Shown in pieces: positions 23,178 to 33,665 of a DNA stretch of 64,000 nucleotides (its first letter is position 1; each line of letters starts with the position of its first letter). The DNA is from Gammaproteobacteria bacterium (lineage in GTDB: Bacteria > Pseudomonadota > Gammaproteobacteria > CAJXQU01): assembly GCA_965238175.1 (NCBI GenBank), contig CBDEGZ010000003.1:1120001-1184000 (forward strand), in the 5' to 3' direction. The notes below the pieces were generated by a model. It was not told the DNA's origin and ran no database searches. It saw nothing but the letters and a program-made list of their open reading frames with translations. Made by a program: the position numbers and the translations under genes.

Positions 23178-24521
23178 ATGATGGTCGAAGAGCAACTTAC
23201 AAACCCGCTAGTTTTACTTTTATGCATCGCGCTATTGGTGAGTATTGGTGTGTGCCTTTGGTTAATACGAATACTTTTCAATACTAAAAAAACAATTTCA
23301 AAATTGCTGCCGGTTGATCAAGAGGATAAAAAATCTCAGAAAGGCAGCCTTGCGGATTTATTAAACGCGTTGGTTAGTCATGTTAGAGGGAGGATTCAGG
23401 CATCTAAAGATCTTCGCCAGGATGCGGTTGCAGAAAATAAGGCGGTTGCTTATCAACATAGAAAGATGCAATCAACACTCGAGGTTTTTAATGAAGGTGT
23501 GGTTATTCTTGATCAGACTGGAAAAGCAACCTTTGCTAATCAGAAACTGAATACGTTGCTAGGTGTTACACGAGATGATGTAGTTGGGAATCAATCGGAT
23601 GTATGGTGTACCGATAAAAAAGTATTAAGCATGCTGGTGAGATATGAAGGCAATGTTACTCGTCTTAGACGTTCTGAGACTGTCGAATTTTCACCACAAG
23701 GACAGGAGAAAAAAACATTAGCTGCTACGGTCACACCGATATCAATGCATTCTAAACCAGAGTTGACGATTGGGATTCTAATAACCTTTAGAGATGTTTC
23801 AGCAGAAACGATGGCCAAGCGTTCACGTGACGATTTTGTTGCCCATGTTTCACATGAGCTTAAATCCCCATTGAACGTGATCAAATTACACAGTGAGTTA
23901 CTACTTGATGTGGGCGATGATCCACAGTCACGAATTAGTAGTATCAATGTGATTAATGATGAAGTTGATCGCGTTGCGAACATGATTACGGATCTTTTAA
24001 ACATTACTCGAATGGAAGTTGGAAACGTCAGTATTAATCGTAAGCGAATACGTTTTCATGATTTTGTAACGGATGTATTTGAAAAAATGCAGCGCAGTGG
24101 CGAAGAAAATAATATTCAGTTTAAATTAGATCTGCCGAGATCTTTAAGCCACTTGTCGATTGATAAGGATTTGTTTCGTATTGCTTTGAATAATATTTTG
24201 TCTAATGCGATCAAATATAACAAACCGGAAGGTCTTGTGACTTTGAGTGCAGAGGAAAATGATGAGTCTATTACTTTGCGAATAAGTGACACTGGTATTG
24301 GGATAATGCCGGATGATCAGAAAAAAATATTTGATAAATTTTATCGTTCGGACGATGACGAGGTGACAAGCAGAAATGGTCATGGATTGGGTTTGTCATT
24401 GGCGCATGAGATTATAGGTTTACACAATGGAACGTTAAGTCTTGAAAGTGAAAAAGGCAAAGGCACCACATTTATTCTGGAATTAGGAAAAACAACAACA
24501 TTGCTCAAGGAAGCTGTATAA
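23178..24521 (+). CDS. Membrane-anchored PAS sensor histidine kinase
   Basis: One N-terminal TM; H-box VSHELKSPL; N-box NILSNAIKY; G boxes DTGIG and GHGLGL. Confidence 0.92.
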   Translation: MMVEEQLTNPLVLLLCIALLVSIGVCLWLIRILFNTKKTISKLLPVDQEDKKSQKGSLADLLNALVSHVRGRIQASKDLRQDAVAENKAVAYQHRKMQSTLEVFNEGVVILDQTGKATFANQKLNTLLGVTRDDVVGNQSDVWCTDKKVLSMLVRYEGNVTRLRRSETVEFSPQGQEKKTLAATVTPISMHSKPELTIGILITFRDVSAETMAKRSRDDFVAHVSHELKSPLNVIKLHSELLLDVGDDPQSRISSINVINDEVDRVANMITDLLNITRMEVGNVSINRKRIRFHDFVTDVFEKMQRSGEENNIQFKLDLPRSLSHLSIDKDLFRIALNNILSNAIKYNKPEGLVTLSAEENDESITLRISDTGIGIMPDDQKKIFDKFYRSDDDEVTSRNGHGLGLSLAHEIIGLHNGTLSLESEKGKGTTFILELGKTTTLLKEAV

Positions 24522-24523
24522 GA

Positions 24524-24910
24524 ATGGAGAAGAAAAAAATATTGTTGATTGATGATGAGCCTCATGTGACTTCTGTAATAAGTCATTTCTTGATACGTTC
24601 TGGATATGATGTTGATTCTGCAAACAATGGTTTGATGGCACTGGAAAAGGTGAGTAAACGAATGCCTGATGTGATCGTTTCGGATATTCAAATGCCTAAA
24701 CTCACAGGGCTGGAATTTTGTGAAAGGTTTCGTGCAGATTATGCAGGAAACGAATCTTTGATCATTATTATGACTTCAAGAACCGAACGTGATTTTCGAG
24801 AGCAGGTAGGTAGCTTAGAAAATGTGGAATTTTTTGAAAAACCATTGTCTCCACGAAAATTAATTGCAAGACTGAAAGAATATTTCGAAGAAATGGAATG
24901 TGTTGTCTAG
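24524..24910 (+). CDS. Single-domain response regulator
   Basis: ILLIDDE, SDIQMP and KP motifs; 128 aa. Confidence 0.9.
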   Translation: MEKKKILLIDDEPHVTSVISHFLIRSGYDVDSANNGLMALEKVSKRMPDVIVSDIQMPKLTGLEFCERFRADYAGNESLIIIMTSRTERDFREQVGSLENVEFFEKPLSPRKLIARLKEYFEEMECVV

Positions 24911-27074
24911 TATGGATAGTTTGATTCAGCTTGATCTTGAACGGTATGAGTTGTTGTTCAAACATTTGACAGATGTTGAATGTAAACTCGAATTATTCGA
25001 TCAAAGGGGTAATTTTTTTGATGGAGAGTTAGTTCAGGACGTTGCAACTGATCAAAATATAGATTGGGATAGTTTGTGTTACAAAGCAAGGAAAGCACCT
25101 TCCGATGATGGTGGTGTTACTTGGTCTACAGCACTATTTCTCTCAGCTGAATACCATCCATATTGGTTAAAGTTAACTATTGAAAAACATGCACACGATC
25201 TAAGCGATAAGACTGAAAAAAGTTTGAAACATATTCTTGTCGATACCGCACATTTCCTGACTGATGATTATATGACTCAGGCAGCTATTGATGGATTTTC
25301 CAATGAGTTGGCGGCGCGGTATGAAGAAATAAATATGGTCTATGAACTTGATGGGGTTTGGAAAAATAGTCATAAGTATGATGAAAAAATATCTTATGAA
25401 AAATTAATAGAGATGAGTTTAAACTACTTATCTGTAGGTATGGTGGCACTACTTATACCGAACGAAAACATATCAATACATTACGAAAATGGAGATGATT
25501 TAGAAGAAGTAGAAGAAACGCTTAAAAAATTAAAGAATAACCATTCTATATTCTTTGACTCAGCCCAAAAGTCTTTAGTTATTAATCGAGATGAATTTTC
25601 TGATACCTATTACGAGCCGACAATTCCGTATAAATTAATCGTTTCTAGTGTTATCAATGTTGACCATACTATCTCAGGTATTGTTGTCTTTGCCAATGAA
25701 ATGGAAAGAGATCATTTCACCAATACTGACAGAAGGTTGTGTGAATTATTGGCAAGAGAAATTACGAAAATATTTCAATCAAAACGTGATCCTATTACTG
25801 GTCTTTTTAATAGAAAGAGTTTTGAGTATAAGCTTCAAAATTTAGTAGAGAGCCAAGAAGGTTCATATCATTCATTAGTTTATTTTGACATTGATCGTTT
25901 TCAAATTGTTAATGATACTTGGGGCCATTCAGAAGGTGATCGACTATTACAACAAATAGCGACGCTAATTCGATCAAAACTTGGTAAGAATATTATTATG
26001 TCGCGTCTTGGAGGCGATGAGTTTGGTATTTTGCTTGAGGACACGTCTGCAGATGTGGCTGAAGGTATTGCTGAAGGGCTGCGTCGCGCGATCGAAGAAC
26101 TTGCTTTTGTTTCAAACGGACAAGCATTTGATATCTCAAGTAGCTTTGGCATCGCTGAAATAAACCCAGATATGGGTGAAGTTTTTGATGTTTTAGGCGC
26201 GGCGGATGTTGCATGTGATCTGGTGAAACAGACAGGTAAGAATGGCGTTCGTGTATACCAACCGAGTAATTCGGAAATGGTTCATCATCATGACCAAATG
26301 TATTGGGCAAGCCGAATAAAAACGTCGCTGGAAGAAGATCTTTTTGAAATATTCGGACAGGCAATTGTTCCTCTGTCTGATCCATATGGTGAACCTAGTC
26401 ACTATGAAATTCTTGTCAGGTTAAGAGAAGAGAATGGTGAAATGGTTTCACCAGGAAGATTTATTCCGGCTGCCGAGCAATATAGTTTAATGCCGTTACT
26501 TGATCGTTGGGTATTGAAAGAAACAGTAAGTACGCTATTGGAAGCAGAACAAAAAGGCATTAATGACTCTGTTTCAGTTTCTATCAATGTTTCAGGGCAA
26601 TCACTTTGTGATAATGAGTTTCTTAAATATGCATATTCCTTAATCAATAAGAGTGAAATTAATCCAGAACGGATATGTCTTGAGATAACTGAAACTTCAG
26701 CTGTAGGTGATTTAAAAAGCGCATTGAAATTTATTGAGACAATGAGCGATATTGGTTGTTTATTTGCACTTGATGATTTTGGTAGTGGCATGAGTTCATT
26801 TGGATATTTAAAACATTTACCTGTGGATTATTTAAAACTGGATGGCATTTTCATAAAAAATATCGTGGAAGATTCGGTTGATAGAGTAATGGTTAAATCT
26901 ATTAATTATCTGGCTCAGGAGATGGGTTTAAAAACCATTGCTGAATATGTCGAAAATGAAGAAATAGTTGATGTTTTGCAACAGTTAGATATCAATTATG
27001 CTCAAGGGTACGGTATTGATAAACCGAGTCCATTTCTTGAAAAGCTGAGTGAAAAGAAGACACTAGCTGTGTGA
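24900..27074 (+). CDS. GGDEF-EAL protein with a probable GAF-like input region
   Basis: DPITGLFNR, intact GGDEF, EILVR, DDFGSG and QGY motifs. Confidence 0.92.
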   Translation: MLSSMDSLIQLDLERYELLFKHLTDVECKLELFDQRGNFFDGELVQDVATDQNIDWDSLCYKARKAPSDDGGVTWSTALFLSAEYHPYWLKLTIEKHAHDLSDKTEKSLKHILVDTAHFLTDDYMTQAAIDGFSNELAARYEEINMVYELDGVWKNSHKYDEKISYEKLIEMSLNYLSVGMVALLIPNENISIHYENGDDLEEVEETLKKLKNNHSIFFDSAQKSLVINRDEFSDTYYEPTIPYKLIVSSVINVDHTISGIVVFANEMERDHFTNTDRRLCELLAREITKIFQSKRDPITGLFNRKSFEYKLQNLVESQEGSYHSLVYFDIDRFQIVNDTWGHSEGDRLLQQIATLIRSKLGKNIIMSRLGGDEFGILLEDTSADVAEGIAEGLRRAIEELAFVSNGQAFDISSSFGIAEINPDMGEVFDVLGAADVACDLVKQTGKNGVRVYQPSNSEMVHHHDQMYWASRIKTSLEEDLFEIFGQAIVPLSDPYGEPSHYEILVRLREENGEMVSPGRFIPAAEQYSLMPLLDRWVLKETVSTLLEAEQKGINDSVSVSINVSGQSLCDNEFLKYAYSLINKSEINPERICLEITETSAVGDLKSALKFIETMSDIGCLFALDDFGSGMSSFGYLKHLPVDYLKLDGIFIKNIVEDSVDRVMVKSINYLAQEMGLKTIAEYVENEEIVDVLQQLDINYAQGYGIDKPSPFLEKLSEKKTLAV

Positions 27075-27088
27075 CAGGATAAAATATA

Positions 27089-29128
27089 ATGCAAAAAGTA
27101 CTCACGGATCGAGTCGGTGTCGCCACAAGGTTACTTCCAAGTGAAGGGATCACTGATCAAAATTCTTTAGAAACAGTAAAAGAAGCTGTTTCTGCCTGTT
27201 TGTCAGAACGCGAAAACCTGCTAATTGTTGATCTTGCAAATGTCCCAACACTCAATAGTCCTGTACTCGAATTATTACTTGATTCGCAAGATGAACTTGC
27301 ACGTCGTGGTGGTGGTTTAACCTTAACCAACGTTAATAGTATCAATCAGGATGTGTTACGAATTACAGGTGTCAATGACTATGTTGATGTTTTAAATGCA
27401 ACTCATCATGAGTCGATTCTTGCGCATGCGTCAGGAATCGATTTACAAAACTTAAGGCTCGGAGATTTACTTGTTGAAGCGGGACTTATTTCAGAAGATT
27501 TAATAGAAGAAGCGATCCGTTTGCAGTCAGAAACCGGCAAACGAATGGGTGAAATCATTGTTGAACGTGAGTGGATTTCTGAAACCGAAATGCTCAAGGT
27601 ACTCAGTCAACAATTGGAAGTGCCATATACTTATTTACGTGCAGGTGTTTATGATCTGAACACAACTAAGCTTATTGATCATAATCTGGCCACTCGCTTG
27701 AAAGTTCTACCCTTATTTAATATCAGGGGTGTGTTGACACTCGCCACACCTGATCCCCAAAGTATTCCGAGTTTTGACGAGGTTGAACGACACACAGGTC
27801 TAACCGTTCAGCCCGTTTTAGCAAGAAGTCAGGAAATAGAGCATTGTATCAACGAAGCTTATGAAGGTGCTGTTGAAATAGATGCTTATGTAGGTGATCT
27901 TGAAGAAGATTTTGAATTAATTGATCAAGAAATTGCTACTGATCATGCCAGTATTGATGAAATTGCAAACGGTAGTCCGGTTATAAATTTGATCAATGCG
28001 GTTATCCAACGCGCAATTCGAGATGGTGCCAGTGATATTCATATTGAACCATCGCGTAGTCAGACACGAGTCAGATTGCGGGTTGATGGTATTTTGTATG
28101 AAATTATGACTGCGACACTTGAAATGTATCCAGCATTGGTATCGCGGCTAAAAGTAATGGCTAATCTGGATATCTCTGAGCGTCGTTTACCACAAGACGG
28201 ACGAATTCAGGTCAGTACTCGCGGTAATGTGGTGGATTTACGTTTTAGTTCATTGCCTGGCGTCAATGGTGAGAAGATCGTGCTACGTGTGTTAGATAAA
28301 AGTCGTAGTGTTCTAGATATTGATCGACTGGGGATGAGTGATAGTAATAAAAATACCTTTATTGATCTATTAGGCCAATCACATGGCCTAATGTTGGTCA
28401 CAGGTCCAACTGGAAGTGGTAAAACATCAACGCTTTATTCTGCAATCGAATATTTGAATAGTACTGAAAAAAGTATCGTCACGATTGAAGATCCTGTCGA
28501 ATATCAGCTCGATATTATTAATCAGAATCAAGTAAAAGATAAAGTCGGATTATCCTTTGCGAAAATTTTAAAACATGTTCTGCGACAAGATCCTGACATC
28601 ATAATGGTGGGTGAAATACGTGATCATGAAACGGCTGAAATTGCCATTCAAGCGGCTTTAACAGGCCATCTGGTTTTATCAACTTTACACACAACCGATG
28701 CCATTGGAGCCGTCACGCGTTTGCTTGATATGGGCATCGAGCCTTATCTTTTATCGTCAGCACTGGTTGGATCGATGGCACAACGGCTGGTTAGAAAAGT
28801 TTGTCCAGATTGTAAAATGACGTTTGTTGCACCGCCAGAAATGATGGCAAGGTATGGCTGGGTTACTGACGATCATATTCATCTTTCTAAAGGACGTGGC
28901 TGCACCAGTTGTTACGATTCTGGCTACCGAGGACGAATGGCAGTACATGAAATTGTATCGGTAGATACAGAATTGCAGAGCCTGATGATGAAGAACTCAA
29001 GTCGAGATGAGTTGAATGAGTTTATACAACAGGCGGGTATTGCCACCTTATTTGATGATGGTATGGGAAGAGTGCGAGAAGGCTCAACAACCATTGAAGA
29101 AATCCAACGTATTATCTCAGAAGGTTAA
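27089..29128 (+). CDS. GspE/PilB/MshE-type assembly ATPase with N-terminal STAS-like and MshEN domains
   Basis: LIVDLANVPTLNS...VLRITG (STAS-like); tandem RLGDLLVEAGLI / RMGEIIVEREWI (MshEN); GPTGSGKT, LRQDPD, two CxxC. Confidence 0.9.
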   Translation: MQKVLTDRVGVATRLLPSEGITDQNSLETVKEAVSACLSERENLLIVDLANVPTLNSPVLELLLDSQDELARRGGGLTLTNVNSINQDVLRITGVNDYVDVLNATHHESILAHASGIDLQNLRLGDLLVEAGLISEDLIEEAIRLQSETGKRMGEIIVEREWISETEMLKVLSQQLEVPYTYLRAGVYDLNTTKLIDHNLATRLKVLPLFNIRGVLTLATPDPQSIPSFDEVERHTGLTVQPVLARSQEIEHCINEAYEGAVEIDAYVGDLEEDFELIDQEIATDHASIDEIANGSPVINLINAVIQRAIRDGASDIHIEPSRSQTRVRLRVDGILYEIMTATLEMYPALVSRLKVMANLDISERRLPQDGRIQVSTRGNVVDLRFSSLPGVNGEKIVLRVLDKSRSVLDIDRLGMSDSNKNTFIDLLGQSHGLMLVTGPTGSGKTSTLYSAIEYLNSTEKSIVTIEDPVEYQLDIINQNQVKDKVGLSFAKILKHVLRQDPDIIMVGEIRDHETAEIAIQAALTGHLVLSTLHTTDAIGAVTRLLDMGIEPYLLSSALVGSMAQRLVRKVCPDCKMTFVAPPEMMARYGWVTDDHIHLSKGRGCTSCYDSGYRGRMAVHEIVSVDTELQSLMMKNSSRDELNEFIQQAGIATLFDDGMGRVREGSTTIEEIQRIISEG

Positions 29129-29130
29129 AA

Positions 29131-30252
29131 ATGGCAATTGATTTTTCAGATTCAGCATCTACTTCAACAACCAAGAAATCGTCATCTTACTTGACGATTC
29201 AACTTGGCTCAGCGTCAAAGCTAACGGCGGTACATCGCAAGTTTTTTACTGAACAATTAACCTTGCTTTTGGAAACAGGAAATACTTTGCACGGCAGCCT
29301 GGAAATGTTGGGCAAACAGACAGATCATCCGTTGATGAAAAAGTTGATCGAAGATCTGCATGAAAAAGTGACCAAAGGTCAACCATTTTCCAAAGCACTT
29401 AAATCTCATCGAAAGTTATTTTCATCAACTTATATCACGTTGGTTGCAGCGGGTGAAGATGGTGGTTATTTACCCACGGTACTTAGCCATCTTTTGGAGA
29501 TGGAAGAGAAACGTGAAGAGTTACGATCAATGGTGATCTCGGCTTTTACTTATCCGGTAATATTGATTGTATTTTCGATCATTATAGTGGTTTTTGTTCT
29601 GACTTCGATTTTTCCGAAATTTACAGTGATGTTTGAATCATCTGGTGCTTCATTACCAGCAATCACACAAGTATTGATGACTGCAAGCGATTTTTTGATG
29701 GCGTATTGGTGGTTGTTGCTGTTTGGAATTGTAGGTACAGGACTCTATCTTAACATGATGATAAAACAGCCTCTAATACGCGCAAAACTTGATGAAAAAG
29801 TATTAATCATGCCAGTCCTCGGCAGTTTGATGACGAGGTTGTATCTGACCCATATGATGCGTTTGCTTAATCTATCATTAGGTAATGGTGTGACATTGAT
29901 CGATGCGCTGACTATTTGTAAAGATGCCAGTAGTAATACTGCCTTTCAACGTTTCGTGCAAAAATTAGTAGACAATGTCAGCGAAGGTAAAGGGCTTGGT
30001 GTAGGTTTTAGAGAGGCTGAATTTATTCCCCAATTGATCAAACAAATGATCCAGACGGGTGAAGAATCCGGCAAACTCGCACTCGTTACTGGGCGAGTTG
30101 CCGATTATTATCAACGAGAACTTGGTAAAAAGCTCAATATGCTTTCAAAGATTATCGAGCCGGTGATGTTGCTGGCAATGGGGATATTTGTTGCCTTTAT
30201 TGTCAGTGCTTTAATTCTGCCAATTTTTCAGCTATCGAGTACGATGCATTAA
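29131..30252 (+). CDS. GspF/PilC/MshG-type inner-membrane platform protein
   Basis: AGEDGGYL, TYP, TGEESGKL and IIEP motifs. Confidence 0.9.
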   Translation: MAIDFSDSASTSTTKKSSSYLTIQLGSASKLTAVHRKFFTEQLTLLLETGNTLHGSLEMLGKQTDHPLMKKLIEDLHEKVTKGQPFSKALKSHRKLFSSTYITLVAAGEDGGYLPTVLSHLLEMEEKREELRSMVISAFTYPVILIVFSIIIVVFVLTSIFPKFTVMFESSGASLPAITQVLMTASDFLMAYWWLLLFGIVGTGLYLNMMIKQPLIRAKLDEKVLIMPVLGSLMTRLYLTHMMRLLNLSLGNGVTLIDALTICKDASSNTAFQRFVQKLVDNVSEGKGLGVGFREAEFIPQLIKQMIQTGEESGKLALVTGRVADYYQRELGKKLNMLSKIIEPVMLLAMGIFVAFIVSALILPIFQLSSTMH

Positions 30253-30427
30253 ATTCATTCATTGGTTTTTGGAACAGCAGATTAGGCGGGCACTACTTTA
30301 TTTAGTTGTACTACGTATAATCAAAAAAAATAACTCACTATTTAATTTTCCAATTTAGATCAGATTCAGTATCAATATAACCGATTTCCGACGCCTTGTT
30401 TTCCCTCGGTATCAGGTGAAAGATATA

Positions 30428-31174
30428 TTAGACCTTTCTTTTGAAAGAAAATAATCCGATCAGACTACTACCAAGTAACCATACTGCTGCTGGTACAGGT
30501 ACTGCTTGAATATTTAGTTGAGGAGCAAAATCACCAGCTAATCCAGCAGGAGAAACAACGCCAGAACCGTCAGATGTTCTGGAGAGAAAATCAATTTGCT
30601 GACCAGTATTTTCCGGTTTGATTAAAATAAAGGTGAGTATTCCATCGATATCATTATTAATGAAGTTTACGAAAGTTGAATTTGAGATTTCAAGCCGCTC
30701 TCCCGCTCCCCAGGTAAAAGCAGGATTACCTGCTCCGTGTAATAGAGTTGTATCTGATGAAGGGCTTAAGGTAGCGTCATTATTTAGTCCAGGAAAATTT
30801 GTACCGTTAAAAAAGGTATCTCCTTTTGTTGATTCAGACCATGTTTGGGAAATGCCTTCATTTAAACCAAACACCTGAAAACGATTTGTTAAGATATTCG
30901 TTTGGTTTGAGGAGGTGAACAGGTTTAACGATACAGACGCTGCATCAATACCGGCATTTGTAAAAGAAGAAATATCGAATTTGATAAAACTATGCAGGTT
31001 GTAGTTAGAGGTACCAACCACTGCCAAATTATTGCTTGTGTTACCAGTACCAAAGGGTGAACCGTTGCTTCTGTTATGCACCATTTCGTCACTCACAGCA
31101 CTGAATAGCAAAGCGTGCGCATTATTGATTGATAGCATGCAGAATAAAATACTTACTAGTGTTCTTCGTTTCAT
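30428..31174 (-). CDS. VPxPA-CTERM (PEP-CTERM-type) surface protein, probably with a DNRLRE-like domain
   Basis: Signal peptide MKRRTLV...AHA; C-terminal VPVPAAVWLLGSSLIGL plus basic tail; internal SFIKFDIS and TWSE. Confidence 0.8.
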   Translation of the reverse strand: MKRRTLVSILFCMLSINNAHALLFSAVSDEMVHNRSNGSPFGTGNTSNNLAVVGTSNYNLHSFIKFDISSFTNAGIDAASVSLNLFTSSNQTNILTNRFQVFGLNEGISQTWSESTKGDTFFNGTNFPGLNNDATLSPSSDTTLLHGAGNPAFTWGAGERLEISNSTFVNFINNDIDGILTFILIKPENTGQQIDFLSRTSDGSGVVSPAGLAGDFAPQLNIQAVPVPAAVWLLGSSLIGLFSFKRKV

Positions 31175-31394
31175 ATTCAACCCCTTAGATTTCCTAGGGA
31201 TGTTTTTTATAGTAGTAGAATAACGTTCCATTTGAGACTTCCTCCTATTTATGTATTTCTTTTTTAAGAATATAGCTAAACCAAATATAACCGATTACTG
31301 GTTTTATGTTGATGAATAATGAAAACATTTGTCACTGTATAACATAATGCTCTTTGGTTTGAGTAACGGTTTGATCATTTGTAGCTCATAAATA

Positions 31395-31421
31395 TAAAGT
31401 TTCTAAATAATATGCCGAAAG
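31395..31421 (+). promoter_or_regulatory. sigma28-type promoter upstream of the major pilin
   Basis: TAAAGTTT-N11-GCCGAAAG, 57 bp before the ATG. Confidence 0.7.
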
Positions 31422-31478
31422 TATCTATGAAACGAATCATTAATCGTAACGGCCATTGAGAAAATAGAGAAGGTTTAC

Positions 31479-32033
31479 ATGGAAGAATTTAACTATAAAG
31501 CGAAGCAAAGCGGTTTCACACTTATCGAGTTATTGGTGGTTGTGGTTATCCTGGGTGTATTAGCGGCAGTGGTTGTCCCACAATTGAGTGGCACAACGGA
31601 CACTGCAAAAGAAGCTGCACTAGATGCCAATTTGGCAAGAATTCGATCCGCAATTGATCTGTATAGACAAGATCATGGTGATTACCCAAGTGTTACAGCA
31701 GCGACTGGCGGTGCCTGTCCGGCTGGTGGTGTCTCAGGTAGCGGTGCAGCTGATTCTGCAGCAGCGTTTGCATCGCAATTGACGATGTACAGTAATGTCA
31801 CCGGAGCAACATGTACGGCAACTAATGATACATATAAGTACGGACCATATTTACGTACAGCGATAACAGGTGTTGATGGTATGCCTGGCAATCCAATTAC
31901 TGATGAGAATGTCGTCGTTGTAGAGACTGCTGGGAGTCTTGACTTGACTTCAACGAGTACAACAGGTGGATGGAAGTATGACAATGTGGTTGGAAAAATC
32001 GTCGCTGACCATCAGGATTTTGATGATAGATAA
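31479..32033 (+). CDS. Major pilin/pseudopilin (type III signal peptide)
   Basis: QSG^FTLIELLVVVVILGVLAAVVVP; strong RBS. Confidence 0.9.
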   Translation: MEEFNYKAKQSGFTLIELLVVVVILGVLAAVVVPQLSGTTDTAKEAALDANLARIRSAIDLYRQDHGDYPSVTAATGGACPAGGVSGSGAADSAAAFASQLTMYSNVTGATCTATNDTYKYGPYLRTAITGVDGMPGNPITDENVVVVETAGSLDLTSTSTTGGWKYDNVVGKIVADHQDFDDR

Positions 32034-32101
32034 ATATCTAACTGTAATTATGAAATGAGTGCCTTTATGGTACTCAATTTGATCAGAATGAAGATAAACA
32101 A

Positions 32102-32674
32102 ATGAAATTATCTGATCAAAAGATAATTCGAAATGGCGGTTTTAGTCTGCTCGAAATATTAATCGTCATTATTATTATCAGCGTTGTGGCTGGTGCTGCT
32201 ATTCCTGCAAATTTCAGTGGTAAGGATCGGATTAAATTACAAACAGCGGCGAATGAAATTGCAACCCTGTTTCGTTATGCACGCGATCAAGCTATTCAAA
32301 CGGGGCAGCCGCACGGCGTACATATCGATCCTTACTCTAGCAGAGTATATGGTTTTAAATCAGGCGGTTATGCTAATCCGTTAGTAGGGCTTATAGTTTT
32401 ACACAACCCCATTTCAAAGTTAAGTACAGAAGTTGTAGTTACAAATCAACATCACACAGAAGGGGTGAGCATATCTAACACCGAATCTGTTTTTACCTAT
32501 GCTGATCGCTCCAATCAGGATTATGTGTTGTTTGATGAAACTGGATTGCCATATTGGAAAGGAGGTGACGGCGTGTTCCGTTTACTAGTAGACAGTGAAA
32601 TCACGCTCAGTTATAGCGGTGAGTTACAAAGCATCTCACTTATGGCGGGTTATGGACGTGTGATTTTACAATGA
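32102..32674 (+). CDS. Minor pilin, GspH/FimT-like
   Basis: GG^FSLLEILIV and LFRYARDQAI. Confidence 0.85.
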   Translation: MKLSDQKIIRNGGFSLLEILIVIIIISVVAGAAIPANFSGKDRIKLQTAANEIATLFRYARDQAIQTGQPHGVHIDPYSSRVYGFKSGGYANPLVGLIVLHNPISKLSTEVVVTNQHHTEGVSISNTESVFTYADRSNQDYVLFDETGLPYWKGGDGVFRLLVDSEITLSYSGELQSISLMAGYGRVILQ

Positions 32675-33090
32675 GCCTCTTGATTAAAACACAGCGACAA
32701 TCAGGTTTCACTTACGTTGAAATAATGATCACCGTTGCCGTTATCGCGATTGCGATATTACCAATAATGGATGCTTTGCAAACCAGTGCCCAGGCATCGG
32801 GGTATCAACGTCAACATGTTGCATTACATTATCATTTGATGGGAGGAATGGAATCCGTTTTAGCAGAGTCTTATACGGCGCTTGAAGCTGAGATTATTAA
32901 TTCTACAACGGCCTCCTCATTTTCGGATGCATCGGGAACAAGTGATCGGCGACTCGTCTACCTGTCAAAATACGACATAGACAATGTCGATTTAGATAAC
33001 GATGTCTTTACTGGTACGGATGATGTTATCTGGGTTAAAACCGAGCTGGAAGGGACGAACCATAGTTTTGAAACCCTAGTGATCCCATGA
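32671..33090 (+). CDS. Minor pilin, PilV/GspI-like
   Basis: SG^FTYVEIMI; ATGA overlap with the previous gene. Confidence 0.8.
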   Translation: MSLLIKTQRQSGFTYVEIMITVAVIAIAILPIMDALQTSAQASGYQRQHVALHYHLMGGMESVLAESYTALEAEIINSTTASSFSDASGTSDRRLVYLSKYDIDNVDLDNDVFTGTDDVIWVKTELEGTNHSFETLVIP

Positions 33091-33665
33091 TTATCAACTC
33101 AGTAGATCAATCAAATCAACAGGGTTTTAGCCTGGTCGAATTGGTTGTTGTCATCGGGATGGCCGGTGTGATCTTTGCCTCGTTAAGTACTATCGTTGGT
33201 GAAATGTTCCAAACTCAAGAACGTATAGAAAATAATAGTGATATTAATCAGGAAGCTGCTTTTGTGACCGAACGTCTTGTTAATTTGATTGGGCATAGTC
33301 GTACATCTACCATACAGAACGACCAAACAAATCATGTACATGTTGATTTGGAAACGGATCCACAACAGGATATGAATAAGGATGGAACTTTTGATCCGGT
33401 TGATGAAATTGAATTTCATTGGGATCCTTCGTTGCTCGAAATTAGAACGCAAAGATTATCTTTTGATGTAACCGGTGATGGTGGAATAGACAGTAATGAT
33501 AGGTTCAGGTATTTACTTACGAGAAACATCAGTGCATTTACGATCAGTCGTTCAAGACCTACCGGTGGGCGCTTTGATTTAATTCGTCTTGAAATGACGT
33601 TTACCGATACGAGTGGTCAGACGTTGGATATCGATACATCTGTGCGGGTTGGTGGGCAATTATGA
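33087..33665 (+). CDS. Minor pilin, PilW/GspJ-like
   Basis: QG^FSLVELVV prepilin motif. Confidence 0.8.
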   Translation: MIINSVDQSNQQGFSLVELVVVIGMAGVIFASLSTIVGEMFQTQERIENNSDINQEAAFVTERLVNLIGHSRTSTIQNDQTNHVHVDLETDPQQDMNKDGTFDPVDEIEFHWDPSLLEIRTQRLSFDVTGDGGIDSNDRFRYLLTRNISAFTISRSRPTGGRFDLIRLEMTFTDTSGQTLDIDTSVRVGGQL

